Notes: generated from the letters alone by a model not told the origin. DNA of 64,000 bases from an uncultured Gammaproteobacteria bacterium (GCA_964651385.1 CAZYYM010000006.1:1293-65292), one strand, 5' to 3'; shown: positions 53,676 to 63,985, numbered from the stretch's first letter. Translations and numbers: made by a program.

Positions 53676-54344
53676 ATGTTATCGATTCGCAATCTATATA
53701 AATCATTTAAACAACCGGAAGGTAATATCAGTGTTTTCAACGGACTGGATTTCGACATGGCAGCGGGCAGGTCGATTGCCTTACTCGGCGAAAGCGGTAG
53801 CGGAAAAAGTACCTTGTTGCATTTAATCGCTGGCCTCGATGTAGTAGATGCGGGGGAAATTATCGTTGGTGATAAAAAACTCACATCGATGTCAGAAGCC
53901 GGCCTTGCCGAAATGCGCCGTCAGCAAGTTAGCCTGGTCTTTCAGCAATTTCACCTGATAGCTACAATCAATATCGCCGATAACATTCGTTTTCAGGCGG
54001 CTTTATGCCAAAGATACGATGCCGAATATGAATCCCTGTTGATCGATCGTCTCGGGCTTATTCAGCAGTTAAAAAAGTTTCCCCACCAACTTTCTCGTGG
54101 GCAGCAGCAACGCGTCGCCATTGCGCGATCACTGCTACATCGACCGGCGCTCGTGCTCGCCGACGAACCCACCGGCAACCTCGACGAGCAATCCAGTCTC
54201 GAAGTCATGTCGCTATTCAGTTCGCTGGTCAAAGACACCGGTAGCAGCTTACTGATGGTGACGCACAGTCGCGATATGGCAGATTATCTCGATCAATCTG
54301 TCCTCCTGCACAATGGCAAGATTGGCGAGTTCGATGACGTCTAG
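53676..54344 (+). CDS. ABC transporter ATP-binding protein (LolD/MacB-type)
   Basis: Walker A GESGSGKST, signature LSRGQQQR and Walker B LVLADEPTGNLD. The ATG lies 2 nt after the jetD stop. Confidence 0.9.
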   Translation: MLSIRNLYKSFKQPEGNISVFNGLDFDMAAGRSIALLGESGSGKSTLLHLIAGLDVVDAGEIIVGDKKLTSMSEAGLAEMRRQQVSLVFQQFHLIATINIADNIRFQAALCQRYDAEYESLLIDRLGLIQQLKKFPHQLSRGQQQRVAIARSLLHRPALVLADEPTGNLDEQSSLEVMSLFSSLVKDTGSSLLMVTHSRDMADYLDQSVLLHNGKIGEFDDV

Positions 54345-56850
54345 GCTGTTCTGGGTTAGCAAAGCGGTTTTCAGTCACTACTGGCGGCATCGTTGGCAAA
54401 CTCTGTTTTTATTAACCGGGCTGGTGGCCGGAGTCGGTCTGTGGAGCGCCGTTCAGATCATCAACGAACAGGCTCGTTTAAGTTATCAACAGGCGGATTC
54501 GCTACTCGGTATACAGGCCAGTCACTGGATTCGCAGCCGCTCCGAGCTGGGTGTTTCGCAATCTGACTATATCAAATTACGTCGGCAGGGCTTTCGCCGG
54601 CTATTCCCGATTGTTGAAGGCCGGGTAAGTACGAGTGCCGGAAATCCAATTCGTATAATCGCCACCGATTTATTGGCGTTGCCGAATAATATATTCGAAT
54701 CCGTTGGGCATGATTCGACAGTCTCATCGGCATCTGGCTGGCTTGAATTTGTGCAACCGCCTTATCGCGCGTGGGTTCCACATCAGCTCGCCGAGGAATT
54801 TAACCTAAAAAACGGTGATCAGTTGCTACTAAGCGACGGCAGGCGATTACCGCCAACGTCGGTACAAAGCCACCAACAGCAGGGCAGGCGGATATTTATG
54901 GATATCGCGGCAGCTTTCGAACTGCTCAATAAACAACATTTCAGCTACCTGGCCGTTGCAAATCCAAGTCCCGAAGTACTCGACAATTTGCAGAAAGCCT
55001 TACCCGAAAACCTCAAACTGGTGGAGAACCGGCAACATCTGGATCTTGCACAACTCACCGAAAGCCTGCACACGCATCTTAGCGCTATGAGCTTGCTTTC
55101 CTTCGCGGTCGGCTTATTCATTGTTTTCAATGCGGTGAGATTTTCACTCTGGCATCGTCGATCCACTCTTCTAAATTTACGTTTAATGGGTGTCAGTGCA
55201 GGTCAGTTTTTACTGGCGATTGCGCTGGAGTTAGTACTCTGGAGTCTAATTGGATCCGGTATGGGCCTTATACTAGGATTCCAAATTGGACACTGGTTGC
55301 TGCCGGGTCTGGGTACAAGCCTGCACAGCCTGTATGACGCTACCGTCGAAACCGAATTAATCTGGCAGATTGACACCGTTTTCAAGGCCTGGATGATTAC
55401 TTTGGCAGGATTATTATGGGCATTGGGCTGGCCCATTTATCAACAGCTAAAACATAATAGCCTGCCTTCAAATGTGACAACCAGAGTGCCACAGGATGAA
55501 CGGCAGTCTCGATCCCAACTGGCAATAGCCGGGTTTGTTTTAATATTACTGGCCGGCTTTATTTACCCCTATATAAATACCATCCTAAGTGGATTCGTAT
55601 TGCTGGGATTATTGCTTTTTGGCGCCGCCTGGTTATTACCGACACTGCTCGCATCGGTACTCACATTATTGTCCAGATACATCCCTGAAAGACACTTATT
55701 GGCGCGCTGGCTGGTCAGCGACGGCTGGGCGCAATTACCTGCCTTTCGACCTGCGATGATGGCATTAATGCTGGCAATGACTGCAAATTTGGGCGTAGGC
55801 GCCCTGGTAGACAGTTTTCGCAACGCATTCGTCAACTGGCTGGAAATTCGCCAAAGCGCCGATATTTATCTACGCTCGCCTAATGTCAATATCAATCTAT
55901 TGCTTGATCCACAACAGTCGTCGCAATGGCTGGCGTACAGCCATCAACGTATTGGCGTCAGCAGCCGTTGGCGTGACCGGCTAACATTCATCAGAGGCGT
56001 GGATACCCATGCGCCCGACAGTCGAGCTCTGCCACTGGCACAATGGCTGGGTGCAACTCCCGAAGATGCCCTGGCTCAATGGCGGGAACAACCCTCCCGC
56101 ATTCTCGCCAACGAGCAGACGCATTACCTGGGTGGACTGCAACTCGGTGACAAACTCGAACTGCAATCTGACAACGGTTCCCGAGAATACCAGGTAGTCG
56201 GATTTTTCTACGACTACGGCACACCTTATTTCCAGTTTTATTTACCCTATGCCGAAGTCGCTGGACATTGGCGGACGCATCGTTCGCAAGGTATCGCGCT
56301 GTGGTTAAAAACATCGATTAATCCGCAGCAAAACATCCAGCGTGCCGAAGCAGCCATGCGTGCCGCCGGCGCCAGAACCGGTGACTGGATATCGCAATCT
56401 CAGGTTCGAAAATTATCCTTAAAAATTTTTGATCGTACCTTCGCCATTACCTCGGCGATGAATGGCCTGACCATGATTGTCGCGGCGATTGCTTTGCTGG
56501 CGTCATTACTGGCTATCCTGCAGGAACGTCTGCCACAGTATGCACAATGGCAGGCGCTGGGCATCCGCTGGTCCGAACAAATGTTAATTATTAGCTGCCC
56601 GATATTTATTTTTGTCTGTATTTCGTGGTTATTGGCAATTCCGCTCGGCGCCCTGTTAAGCTGGTTATTGATTCACAAACTGAATATTGTCAGCTTTGGC
56701 TGGAGTATGCCAATGACCTGGGATATGACACCGGCCTGGCAACTGGCGGGCGTCATCTTACTGGTAGTCGGCTGCACACTGCTGCTCGCCGGCTGGCAAT
56801 TACGGCGACGCCTGCCCGAGGCACTCGCACAGCTCGGGGAACTGGCATGA
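54334..56850 (+). CDS. ABC transporter permease with duplicated FtsX-like domains
   Basis: About 838 aa with two 4-TM FtsX-type modules, each preceded by a large extracytoplasmic loop. The ATG at 54334 overlaps the ATPase stop. Confidence 0.85.
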   Translation: MTSRLFWVSKAVFSHYWRHRWQTLFLLTGLVAGVGLWSAVQIINEQARLSYQQADSLLGIQASHWIRSRSELGVSQSDYIKLRRQGFRRLFPIVEGRVSTSAGNPIRIIATDLLALPNNIFESVGHDSTVSSASGWLEFVQPPYRAWVPHQLAEEFNLKNGDQLLLSDGRRLPPTSVQSHQQQGRRIFMDIAAAFELLNKQHFSYLAVANPSPEVLDNLQKALPENLKLVENRQHLDLAQLTESLHTHLSAMSLLSFAVGLFIVFNAVRFSLWHRRSTLLNLRLMGVSAGQFLLAIALELVLWSLIGSGMGLILGFQIGHWLLPGLGTSLHSLYDATVETELIWQIDTVFKAWMITLAGLLWALGWPIYQQLKHNSLPSNVTTRVPQDERQSRSQLAIAGFVLILLAGFIYPYINTILSGFVLLGLLLFGAAWLLPTLLASVLTLLSRYIPERHLLARWLVSDGWAQLPAFRPAMMALMLAMTANLGVGALVDSFRNAFVNWLEIRQSADIYLRSPNVNINLLLDPQQSSQWLAYSHQRIGVSSRWRDRLTFIRGVDTHAPDSRALPLAQWLGATPEDALAQWREQPSRILANEQTHYLGGLQLGDKLELQSDNGSREYQVVGFFYDYGTPYFQFYLPYAEVAGHWRTHRSQGIALWLKTSINPQQNIQRAEAAMRAAGARTGDWISQSQVRKLSLKIFDRTFAITSAMNGLTMIVAAIALLASLLAILQERLPQYAQWQALGIRWSEQMLIISCPIFIFVCISWLLAIPLGALLSWLLIHKLNIVSFGWSMPMTWDMTPAWQLAGVILLVVGCTLLLAGWQLRRRLPEALAQLGELA

Positions 56851-57908
56851 GGAACTTGTTGCCCTTACTCATTCTATTATCCACTGTGCTGGCAGATGAC
56901 AGTTTCGAGGTTTTACGCGATGATGCCGAAGGTTATGCCCGGGTAATACCTGGAAAGGTTTTTGATTTTCCTTTTGACCATGGCCCGCATCCCGACTTTC
57001 GCATCGAGTGGTGGTATTTAACTGGTAATTTACAGGATGCAAAGGGACGCTCCTGGGGGTTACAGTGGACTCTGTTTCGTCAGTCGCTTTCGCCTGGATC
57101 GATAACGAAACGGGGCTGGTCGAACAGTCAACTCTGGATGGCCCATGCTGCCATCAGCACTCCCGACGGTCATCAATTTGAACAACGCTTTGCGCGCGGT
57201 GGCATCGGGCAGGCAGGAGTAAGACTCGATGATCGATTCGAAGCCTGGATAGATGATTGGATATGGCAATCTGATACCGACTCATTGTTTCCTTCACAGC
57301 TGCAATTTCGTATTGCCGACAAAGACATTCATATGCAATTAAGCAGCACTGCCGGCTGGGTGTTGCACGGCGACTCGGGATACAGTCAAAAATCACAACA
57401 GGGTCAGGCCAGTTATTACTACAGTCAACCACGGATACAAATAAAGGGCAGGATTGCGGGACAACTATTGGCCGGCTCCGCATGGCTGGACAGAGAATGG
57501 AGTTCGCAGCCCCTGTCGCCGAATCAGGACGGCTGGGACTGGTTCTCGTTGCACTTGAATGATGGTTATAAGCTCATGCTTTACCGATTGCGACATGACG
57601 ACGGTGAACATTGGCTAAGCGGTAGCTGGGTAGACCCTCTTGGCAAAGTTCGACATCTTGCTAAAGATCAAATTGAATTAACTGTGCTTGCCAAACGAGG
57701 GATTGAAATTGACAGCAAAAAAATTATTTTACCACTGGACTGGAGAATCGCTTTACCTGGATTAAATCGCCACTTTCAAGTTAAGCCTTTGTACGATCAA
57801 CAGTGGATGGAGGCGAGATTTCCTTACTGGGAGGGCGTTGTTCTAGTAAAAGATGATAACGGTGAACAGGTTGGCGAAGGATACATGGAATTAACGGGAT
57901 ACCAATAA
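56847..57908 (+). CDS. Lipocalin-like / CrtC hydratase-like (AttH-like) secreted protein
   Basis: Signal peptide MRNLLPLLILLSTVLA. HPDFRIEWWYLTGNL...GLQWTLFR is typical of the AttH/CrtC family. ATGA overlap with the permease stop. The 5' part of the maximal ORF (from 56625) lies inside the permease gene. Confidence 0.65.
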   Translation: MRNLLPLLILLSTVLADDSFEVLRDDAEGYARVIPGKVFDFPFDHGPHPDFRIEWWYLTGNLQDAKGRSWGLQWTLFRQSLSPGSITKRGWSNSQLWMAHAAISTPDGHQFEQRFARGGIGQAGVRLDDRFEAWIDDWIWQSDTDSLFPSQLQFRIADKDIHMQLSSTAGWVLHGDSGYSQKSQQGQASYYYSQPRIQIKGRIAGQLLAGSAWLDREWSSQPLSPNQDGWDWFSLHLNDGYKLMLYRLRHDDGEHWLSGSWVDPLGKVRHLAKDQIELTVLAKRGIEIDSKKIILPLDWRIALPGLNRHFQVKPLYDQQWMEARFPYWEGVVLVKDDNGEQVGEGYMELTGYQ

Positions 57909-57914
57909 TCGGGG

Positions 57915-58964
57915 TTACATTCGGCTTAATATTTTTCGCACAGGTACCGGTAATCCATATTCGGATAATTTATCCAGAGGCACAAATGCTAGATCATCAT
58001 TGTCAGAGATTTTCCCCGGCAGGGTTTCAACCACTATTTTAGCCACCGATATATGCAGGCTAAAATGCGTAAACTGGTGCTTTAGAAAATTTTCACTGAC
58101 CGACAGGTGATGTGGTTGTCGTGATAAATTTCTTGCCTGCCAGGCGTCAATTTCATCGACCCCACCTACTTCCGGCAGGGACCACAAACCACCCCAAACG
58201 CCAGTCGGTGGACGACGATGCAACAGAACCCGGTCTTTGTAACTATGCAGCAGCATCAACGTCTTTTTACATGGTTTTGTTTTGGCTGGTTTCCTGTGTG
58301 GATACAGATGCTGTGTTTGATGTTGAAAACTGTGGCAATGCAAATTCAATGGGCATTTTTGACAAAGTGGTTTTGAATTCAGACAAACCATAGAACCCAA
58401 ATCCATCATCGCCTGATTAAAGTCACCGGTTCTTTGCATTGGTGTAACCTGTTCGGAACGCTCCCAAAGCCGTTTCATCGTCTTACTTTGGCCGTACCAG
58501 CCCGAAACCTGGAAACAACGCGCAAGTACACGTTTGACATTGCCATCAAGTATTGCCCGGCTTTGTCCATGCGAAAAAGTCAGAATTGCGGCAGCTGTAG
58601 AACGTCCAATTCCGGGCAATTCCAGAACGGATTCCATTGAATCGGGAAATACTGCATCGTGTCGGTCACGAATGAGCCGGGCCGCCTTATGCAGGTTTCT
58701 GGCCCGCGCATAGTAACCGAGTCCCTGCCAGAGCAGCAGAACCTGATCAATATCGGCATCGGCGAGAGCTGCGATAGATGGGAACCTTTCAAGAAACCGT
58801 CGGTAGTAAGGAATAACCGTGGCAACCTGGGTTTGCTGCAACATGATCTCCGACAGCCAAACCCGGTAGGCGGTCTTGTCCTTTTGCCAGGGTAAATCGT
58901 GGCGACCATGCAGTTCAAACCAATCGAGCAATGTCTCGCCAAAGGATACGCTTTTGTCCGGCAT
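57915..58964 (-). CDS. mutY: A/G-specific adenine DNA glycosylase
   Basis: LLDWFELHGRHDLPWQ, the HhH-GPD region LPGIGRSTAAAI, and the Fe-S cysteines C-x6-C-x2-C-x5-C (CLNSKPLCQKCPLNLHC). Alternative TTG start at 58976. Confidence 0.9.
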   Translation of the reverse strand: MPDKSVSFGETLLDWFELHGRHDLPWQKDKTAYRVWLSEIMLQQTQVATVIPYYRRFLERFPSIAALADADIDQVLLLWQGLGYYARARNLHKAARLIRDRHDAVFPDSMESVLELPGIGRSTAAAILTFSHGQSRAILDGNVKRVLARCFQVSGWYGQSKTMKRLWERSEQVTPMQRTGDFNQAMMDLGSMVCLNSKPLCQKCPLNLHCHSFQHQTQHLYPHRKPAKTKPCKKTLMLLHSYKDRVLLHRRPPTGVWGGLWSLPEVGGVDEIDAWQARNLSRQPHHLSVSENFLKHQFTHFSLHISVAKIVVETLPGKISDNDDLAFVPLDKLSEYGLPVPVRKILSRM

Positions 58965-58968
58965 ACTT

Positions 58969-61011
58969 TTATTCAAGCAGCTTTTTTAATTTGTCTTTGA
59001 CTTTCGCTGTTGCCTTTTCCTTTGCTGCTTTCTTTCTTGCTTCGAGTACGGCTTTCTGTTTTTCGATTGTTTTTAACTTAACCGCCTCCAGCGCTGCTTT
59101 TTCCTCGGCGATTTTAGCTTTCAGAGCAGCCTTTTGAATATCTAGTTTGGCTTTGAGTTTGGCCTTCTCGGCAGCTATTTTTGCATCGCCTTTTGCCTTG
59201 AGCATTTCGTCGAGTTGCACATCAATATTCGGTTTTGTAAACGGGCCCTCTATGCGAACCGGAATCAACAGACCACTGAGCTGATCCCGGGTACTGCCCT
59301 GCTGCCCCTGCAAAGTACCAACCAGTTTGGCATTCACCAGATAATCCAGTGTATCGTTGTTCAGGTTAACCTGACCCTTACCGCCCACGCGTAACACCGG
59401 TGCCTGCAGGTTAAGGTCATCACTACTGAATACCCCTCGGGTTATCTTACCGGTCAGACTTAAAGCAGAAAAATCGGTTTTTTTCGCCAATTCAACGGGA
59501 GGGTTCTTACCGCTAATTTTCGCTTTGGCTTTATCGAGCAGATAACGTAGATTAAATCCGTTTAAAGCACCATCGGAAAAAGCCAGCGACATGTCACCAT
59601 TACTGTTTTTCTTTATCTCGCTTAGCCATACACCTTCACTATTGACATTGACACTCGCAGTCATCGCTCCGCTTATCTTATCTTCACCAGTAAAGTCAGC
59701 GAGCATTTTACCGACCTGTACAGCCGTCAGTTTTTTTCTGACCTGATATTTCGGGACAATGCCTTTGACATCGATTTGTACAGCGCCATCGAAGCCACCG
59801 TCGTAAAGCGACATTTGCAAGGGCATTATATCGATCACACCACCTTTCGCATTCATACCGAGCTTAATATGTTCCATCCACAGGTTTTGCAGTTTAAGTT
59901 TTGCAATCGTCAGGTTGCCGTCAATATTGAGTGATCTGATCAATTCCATTGGTAATTTGATTTCGACATCTTCGGCACTGCCGGTTTCGACCGGTTGTGG
60001 TTCTGCATCGGTTTCCAGCCTCGAACCCGGGGGCGCTGTACCCAGCAATTCATCCAGGTTCAGCGTATCGGCTGCCAGTTCAAACGAGATAGCGGATTGC
60101 GAGTAATCATGCACCGTGATGTCACCCATCAACCGTAAATTATTCAAGGCCAAAACCAGACCTTTTAAATCGATAGACCGGGTTGCCGGGTCGAAAGAAA
60201 GGCTCGCGGTCGATACCCCGGCAACTAACGGATCGAACGGTATCGAGCTGCCCTTTGCATCGAGTTTTAAATCGAGATTGTTGAGTTTAAGTTGATTACT
60301 GCCAAGCAGATATTGTATCTGACTGTTCAAATAGAGATTCGCATCGATCTCACCGCTACTTTGAACAGCAACATGCAGTTGCAGCGGAAATGCCGCGTCC
60401 GGCGTGATACGACCAGTCTTCAAATCTAGATCACTGACCCGATACTCGACACCGGCCTGTTTGTCTTTCCACAGCAGGCGGGCATTCTGAATATTCAAAC
60501 CGCCAAAGGCGCCCCGCAGCTTCGGCGGTTGAATAGAATCCGACACTTCCGGCGTCGTTGATTCCGTCTGATCCGATGGACTCCCGGCTTGAACCAGGTC
60601 GTCCCAGTTCGTTACACCCGCTGAGTTTTTTTGCAAATTGATATCCAGATCGCGTAACAGCAATTGATCGATCTCCGGACTGAAAGCGACAATCGAGGCG
60701 ACATCGACACTGATACTGACCTGATTAACTTTTACCATCGGTTCGCCGCCAAAGCCTTTGGCATTCGACAAACTCAATGCGCCGAGCTTCATGCCTAATG
60801 CCGGATAAAAAGTCAAGCCGACATCACCATAAAATTGCAAATCGCGACCTGTCTTCTCGCGTACCAGATCCGTCAGTTCCTGTTTGTAACCATTGGCATC
60901 GAATGTGGCGATGAATATACCAGTCACCGAGGCAATAAATACCACCAGGACCAGCAGCAGATAAGCAAACAGTTTAAAAAAAATTTTGATGATTCCTGAC
61001 ATAATTTTCAA
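58969..61011 (-). CDS. asmA: AsmA family protein
   Basis: N-terminal TM anchor and a long beta-rich body with the AsmA-type C-terminal region (LNGFNLRYLLDKA, LRVGGKGQVNL). It ends in a roughly 80-aa Lys/Ala/Glu-rich tail. Confidence 0.75.
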   Translation of the reverse strand: MKIMSGIIKIFFKLFAYLLLVLVVFIASVTGIFIATFDANGYKQELTDLVREKTGRDLQFYGDVGLTFYPALGMKLGALSLSNAKGFGGEPMVKVNQVSISVDVASIVAFSPEIDQLLLRDLDINLQKNSAGVTNWDDLVQAGSPSDQTESTTPEVSDSIQPPKLRGAFGGLNIQNARLLWKDKQAGVEYRVSDLDLKTGRITPDAAFPLQLHVAVQSSGEIDANLYLNSQIQYLLGSNQLKLNNLDLKLDAKGSSIPFDPLVAGVSTASLSFDPATRSIDLKGLVLALNNLRLMGDITVHDYSQSAISFELAADTLNLDELLGTAPPGSRLETDAEPQPVETGSAEDVEIKLPMELIRSLNIDGNLTIAKLKLQNLWMEHIKLGMNAKGGVIDIMPLQMSLYDGGFDGAVQIDVKGIVPKYQVRKKLTAVQVGKMLADFTGEDKISGAMTASVNVNSEGVWLSEIKKNSNGDMSLAFSDGALNGFNLRYLLDKAKAKISGKNPPVELAKKTDFSALSLTGKITRGVFSSDDLNLQAPVLRVGGKGQVNLNNDTLDYLVNAKLVGTLQGQQGSTRDQLSGLLIPVRIEGPFTKPNIDVQLDEMLKAKGDAKIAAEKAKLKAKLDIQKAALKAKIAEEKAALEAVKLKTIEKQKAVLEARKKAAKEKATAKVKDKLKKLLE

Positions 61012-61062
61012 TCCATATATAATGAACCCAATGTGGCATGAATCAGATATTGAATCAAGACG

Positions 61063-62115
61063 ATGAATAAAAAACTGGCCGATTGGATCTACGACTTGAA
61101 AGACCGATGGGACAGGCGCTCGTCAGGTTCCAAAGGACTGTCTCGATGGCTCTCTTTACCGATATTGCTCGTCCCGCTATTTCTTTTCGCACTCGGCATT
61201 TACTGGAGCGTTGAACCCGACGCTTTCGACGTCGTCGAAGTAGCCGTTGCCAAAGCACCCGAAACCCGCGCCAAAATCACCACCGGCAGTTATACCACCA
61301 GTACCGTAATTGTCGCGATGGAAACATTGCTCGATAAGCGCGGTGGCTACCTGAGCAACGATATTCTCCCACCCTCCATCTTCCTCGACAATATTCCCAA
61401 CTGGGAATTCGGTGTTCTCGTGCAGGTGCGCGATTTAACCCGCTCAATGCGAAACGACTATAGCCGTTCACAGTCCCAGTCTACCGAAGATGTCGACCTT
61501 ATCATTGCCGAGCCGCAATTTAACTTCGATAACCAATCCTGGATTTTACCTGCCACCGAATCCGAGTACCGTAAGGGCATCAAGGCACTCTATGGCTACC
61601 TTGATCGACTGCAGAATCCGGGTAATCCGGAAGCACAGTTTTACGCCCGAGCCGACAATCTGAAGGACTGGCTCAATCAGGTCGAGAAACGGCTCGGCAG
61701 CCTGTCACAACGGCTCAGCGCAAGCGTCGGTCAAACCCGTTTGAATACCGATCTGGCTGGCGATGCCGAAGCGGTTCAATCGACCAAAACCGCGCAACAG
61801 GTTGCTGTCAAAACCCCCTGGAGCAAAATCGACGACGTTTTCTACGAAACTCGCGGTGCGGCCTGGGCTCTGATCCATTTTCTCAAAGCCGTCGAGCTCG
61901 ATTTCGAACCGGTATTGAAAAAGAAAAATGCACTGATCAGTCTGCGTCAGATTATCCGTGAACTCGAAGCCAGCCAGGAAACCCTGTGGAGCCCGATGAT
62001 CATGAACGGTAGTGGCTTCGGACTGTTTGCCAATCACTCACTGGTGATGGCATCGTATATTTCCCGTGCCAATGCGGCGGTGATTGATTTGAGGAGTCTG
62101 CTGGAACAGGGTTAA
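61063..62115 (+). CDS. DUF2333 family membrane-anchored protein
   Basis: A single N-terminal TM segment, then a conserved soluble domain. The family assignment is from memory of the N-terminal pattern (YWSVEPDAFDV). Confidence 0.55.
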   Translation: MNKKLADWIYDLKDRWDRRSSGSKGLSRWLSLPILLVPLFLFALGIYWSVEPDAFDVVEVAVAKAPETRAKITTGSYTTSTVIVAMETLLDKRGGYLSNDILPPSIFLDNIPNWEFGVLVQVRDLTRSMRNDYSRSQSQSTEDVDLIIAEPQFNFDNQSWILPATESEYRKGIKALYGYLDRLQNPGNPEAQFYARADNLKDWLNQVEKRLGSLSQRLSASVGQTRLNTDLAGDAEAVQSTKTAQQVAVKTPWSKIDDVFYETRGAAWALIHFLKAVELDFEPVLKKKNALISLRQIIRELEASQETLWSPMIMNGSGFGLFANHSLVMASYISRANAAVIDLRSLLEQG

Positions 62116-62170
62116 ATCGCAGACCCGATAATGGCTCGCGCTACTGGCCACCTGACATAGGAGAAAACCC

Positions 62171-63532
62171 ATGAGTTATGATGAAAGTCTGAACGTCGAA
62201 CAGGAACTGGATCGTTTCATGAATGGCCTGATACGCCGAAATCCGGGCGAGGAAGAATTCCACCAGGCTGTACACGAAGTCGCAGCTACCATCATCCCGT
62301 TCATTCACGATAAGCGCCTCTATCGGAAGCCGCGCATACTCGAACGTATGACCGAGCCGGACCGGGTCATATCATTTCGCGTATGCTGGGAAGACGATAA
62401 CGGTAATGTGCGCGTCAATCGGGGTTATCGGGTACAATGTAATAACGCCATCGGTCCCTACAAGGGCGGCCTGCGATTTCACCACGATGTTACGCTCGGT
62501 ACACTGAAGTTTTTATCCTTTGAACAAACCTTTAAGAACAGCCTGACCGGTTTACCGATGGGTGGTGCCAAAGGCGGCTCGGACTTCAACCCGAAAGGTA
62601 AAACGGATAGTGAAGTCATGCGCTTCTGCCAGGCTTTCATGACCCAGTTATCTCGCCACATCGGTGCTAATACCGATGTGCCAGCAGGTGATATCGGTGT
62701 CGGTGCGCGTGAAATCGGCTATCTGTTTGGCCAGCATAAACGTCTGACCAATGAATTCAGCGGTGTTCTGACCGGCAAGGGTCTCGAATATGGAGGTAGT
62801 CTGGTGCGACAGGAAGCCACCGGATACGGCGCGGTTTATTTTCTTGAAGACATGTTAAAACAACGCAATATGACGCTACATGGAAAAAGTGCCGTTATAT
62901 CCGGCTCGGGTAATGTCGCTACCTTCGCCGCGAAAAAACTCATGGAGCTCGGTGCCAAAGTGATCACTCTGTCCGACTCTTCGGGATATATCCACGATCC
63001 AGACGGCCTCGACGTCGACAAGCTTGCCTATATTATCGAATTAAAAACGCTCAAACGTGGCCGTATATCTGAATACGCCGATCACTACGGAGTTGAATTT
63101 CATGCCGGGAAACGCCCCTGGGATGTCCCCTGTGATGTCGCTATGCCATGCGCAACGCAAAATGAAATTAATAAATCCGAGGCTGAAACACTGGTTGAAA
63201 ATGGTTGTGTCGCCCTGTCTGAAGGCGCCAATATGCCGACCGAGAAAGAAGCCGTAGAAGTATTCCAGCAGGCAGGCGTGATGTACGCTCCGAGTAAAGC
63301 AGCAAACGCCGGGGGCGTCGCGGTCAGCGGGCTGGAAATGAGTCAGAACAGCGCACGTATTTCGTGGACCGAAGAGGACTTAAACCGTCAGTTGCGTGAA
63401 ATCATGACCAGAATTCATGATCGCTGCGTCACCTGGGGCCGCAACGGTGATCGAATCGATTATGTCAGGGGAGCCAATATAGCCGGTTTCATTAAAGTAG
63501 CCGATGCAATGTTGGCTTATGGTGTGGTTTGA
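62171..63532 (+). CDS. gdhA: NADP-specific glutamate dehydrogenase
   Basis: Active-site region GPYKGGLRFH...LPMGGAKGGSDFNPKG and the GSGNVA dinucleotide motif; 453 aa. Confidence 0.95.
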   Translation: MSYDESLNVEQELDRFMNGLIRRNPGEEEFHQAVHEVAATIIPFIHDKRLYRKPRILERMTEPDRVISFRVCWEDDNGNVRVNRGYRVQCNNAIGPYKGGLRFHHDVTLGTLKFLSFEQTFKNSLTGLPMGGAKGGSDFNPKGKTDSEVMRFCQAFMTQLSRHIGANTDVPAGDIGVGAREIGYLFGQHKRLTNEFSGVLTGKGLEYGGSLVRQEATGYGAVYFLEDMLKQRNMTLHGKSAVISGSGNVATFAAKKLMELGAKVITLSDSSGYIHDPDGLDVDKLAYIIELKTLKRGRISEYADHYGVEFHAGKRPWDVPCDVAMPCATQNEINKSEAETLVENGCVALSEGANMPTEKEAVEVFQQAGVMYAPSKAANAGGVAVSGLEMSQNSARISWTEEDLNRQLREIMTRIHDRCVTWGRNGDRIDYVRGANIAGFIKVADAMLAYGVV

Positions 63533-63782
63533 TTGTGTATTTGTCATTGCGGCCTCCGAGTCGCAATCTATCTTCCTGCATACTCATAAAATCGACTGTA
63601 TACACCAGATACGGCCCACCGGAGGTTCTCCAACTGACGGAGGTTTAAAAAACCATCCCAAACAGCAACGAAGTATTGAAAAAAACATGCTACCAAATCG
63701 ACCAATCGTAGCAATGTCGTGAAGATTAATAATTTGACGAAACTGACCTGTGCCTGAATTGCAATTGACTACACCGCATCTG

Positions 63783-63803
63783 ATCTTACAAACATTGTAA
63801 GAT
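63783..63803. repeat. 21-bp perfect inverted repeat ATCTTACAA-ACA-TTGTAAGAT
   Basis: Read directly from the sequence: 9-bp arms and a 3-nt centre. It lies in the non-coding stretch about 250 nt downstream of gdhA. Confidence 0.6.
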
Positions 63804-63959
63804 TTGGTCTCGTTTGAATGCCTGCCTGGACTGAGATAGCGGTCATCTGGGTTTAAGGATAACGATAGACGGCAGTCGACCCATCAGTGATATTCAGGAT
63901 CCAGGCTTAACTGCAGAACACCCGATTACACACTGAACACTAAATGCTAGACCAGTCCC

Positions 63960-63985
63960 CGTTACTCTCCGCTCGTTACTCTCCG
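63960..63985. repeat. Tandem direct repeat CGTTACTCTCCG-CT-CGTTACTCTCCG
   Basis: Two identical 12-mers with a 14-nt period, 15 nt from the right edge of the window. Confidence 0.6.

Noticed and set aside
56625-56846. 74-codon N-terminal extension of the AttH-like ORF
   Set aside because: It lies entirely within the permease coding frame. The internal ATG at 56847 gives a clean signal peptide and an ATGA stop-start overlap.
46893-57908. Claim that the Wadjet-transporter block is compositionally foreign (higher GC)
   Set aside because: I counted only a few 60-nt samples, and core genes such as pilT gave similar values. Without a real sliding-window calculation the claim is unsupported.
63504-63722. 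72-aa ORF overlapping the gdhA 3' end
   Set aside because: It overlaps gdhA out of frame, has Cys/Trp-rich improbable composition, and has no ribosome-binding site or motifs.
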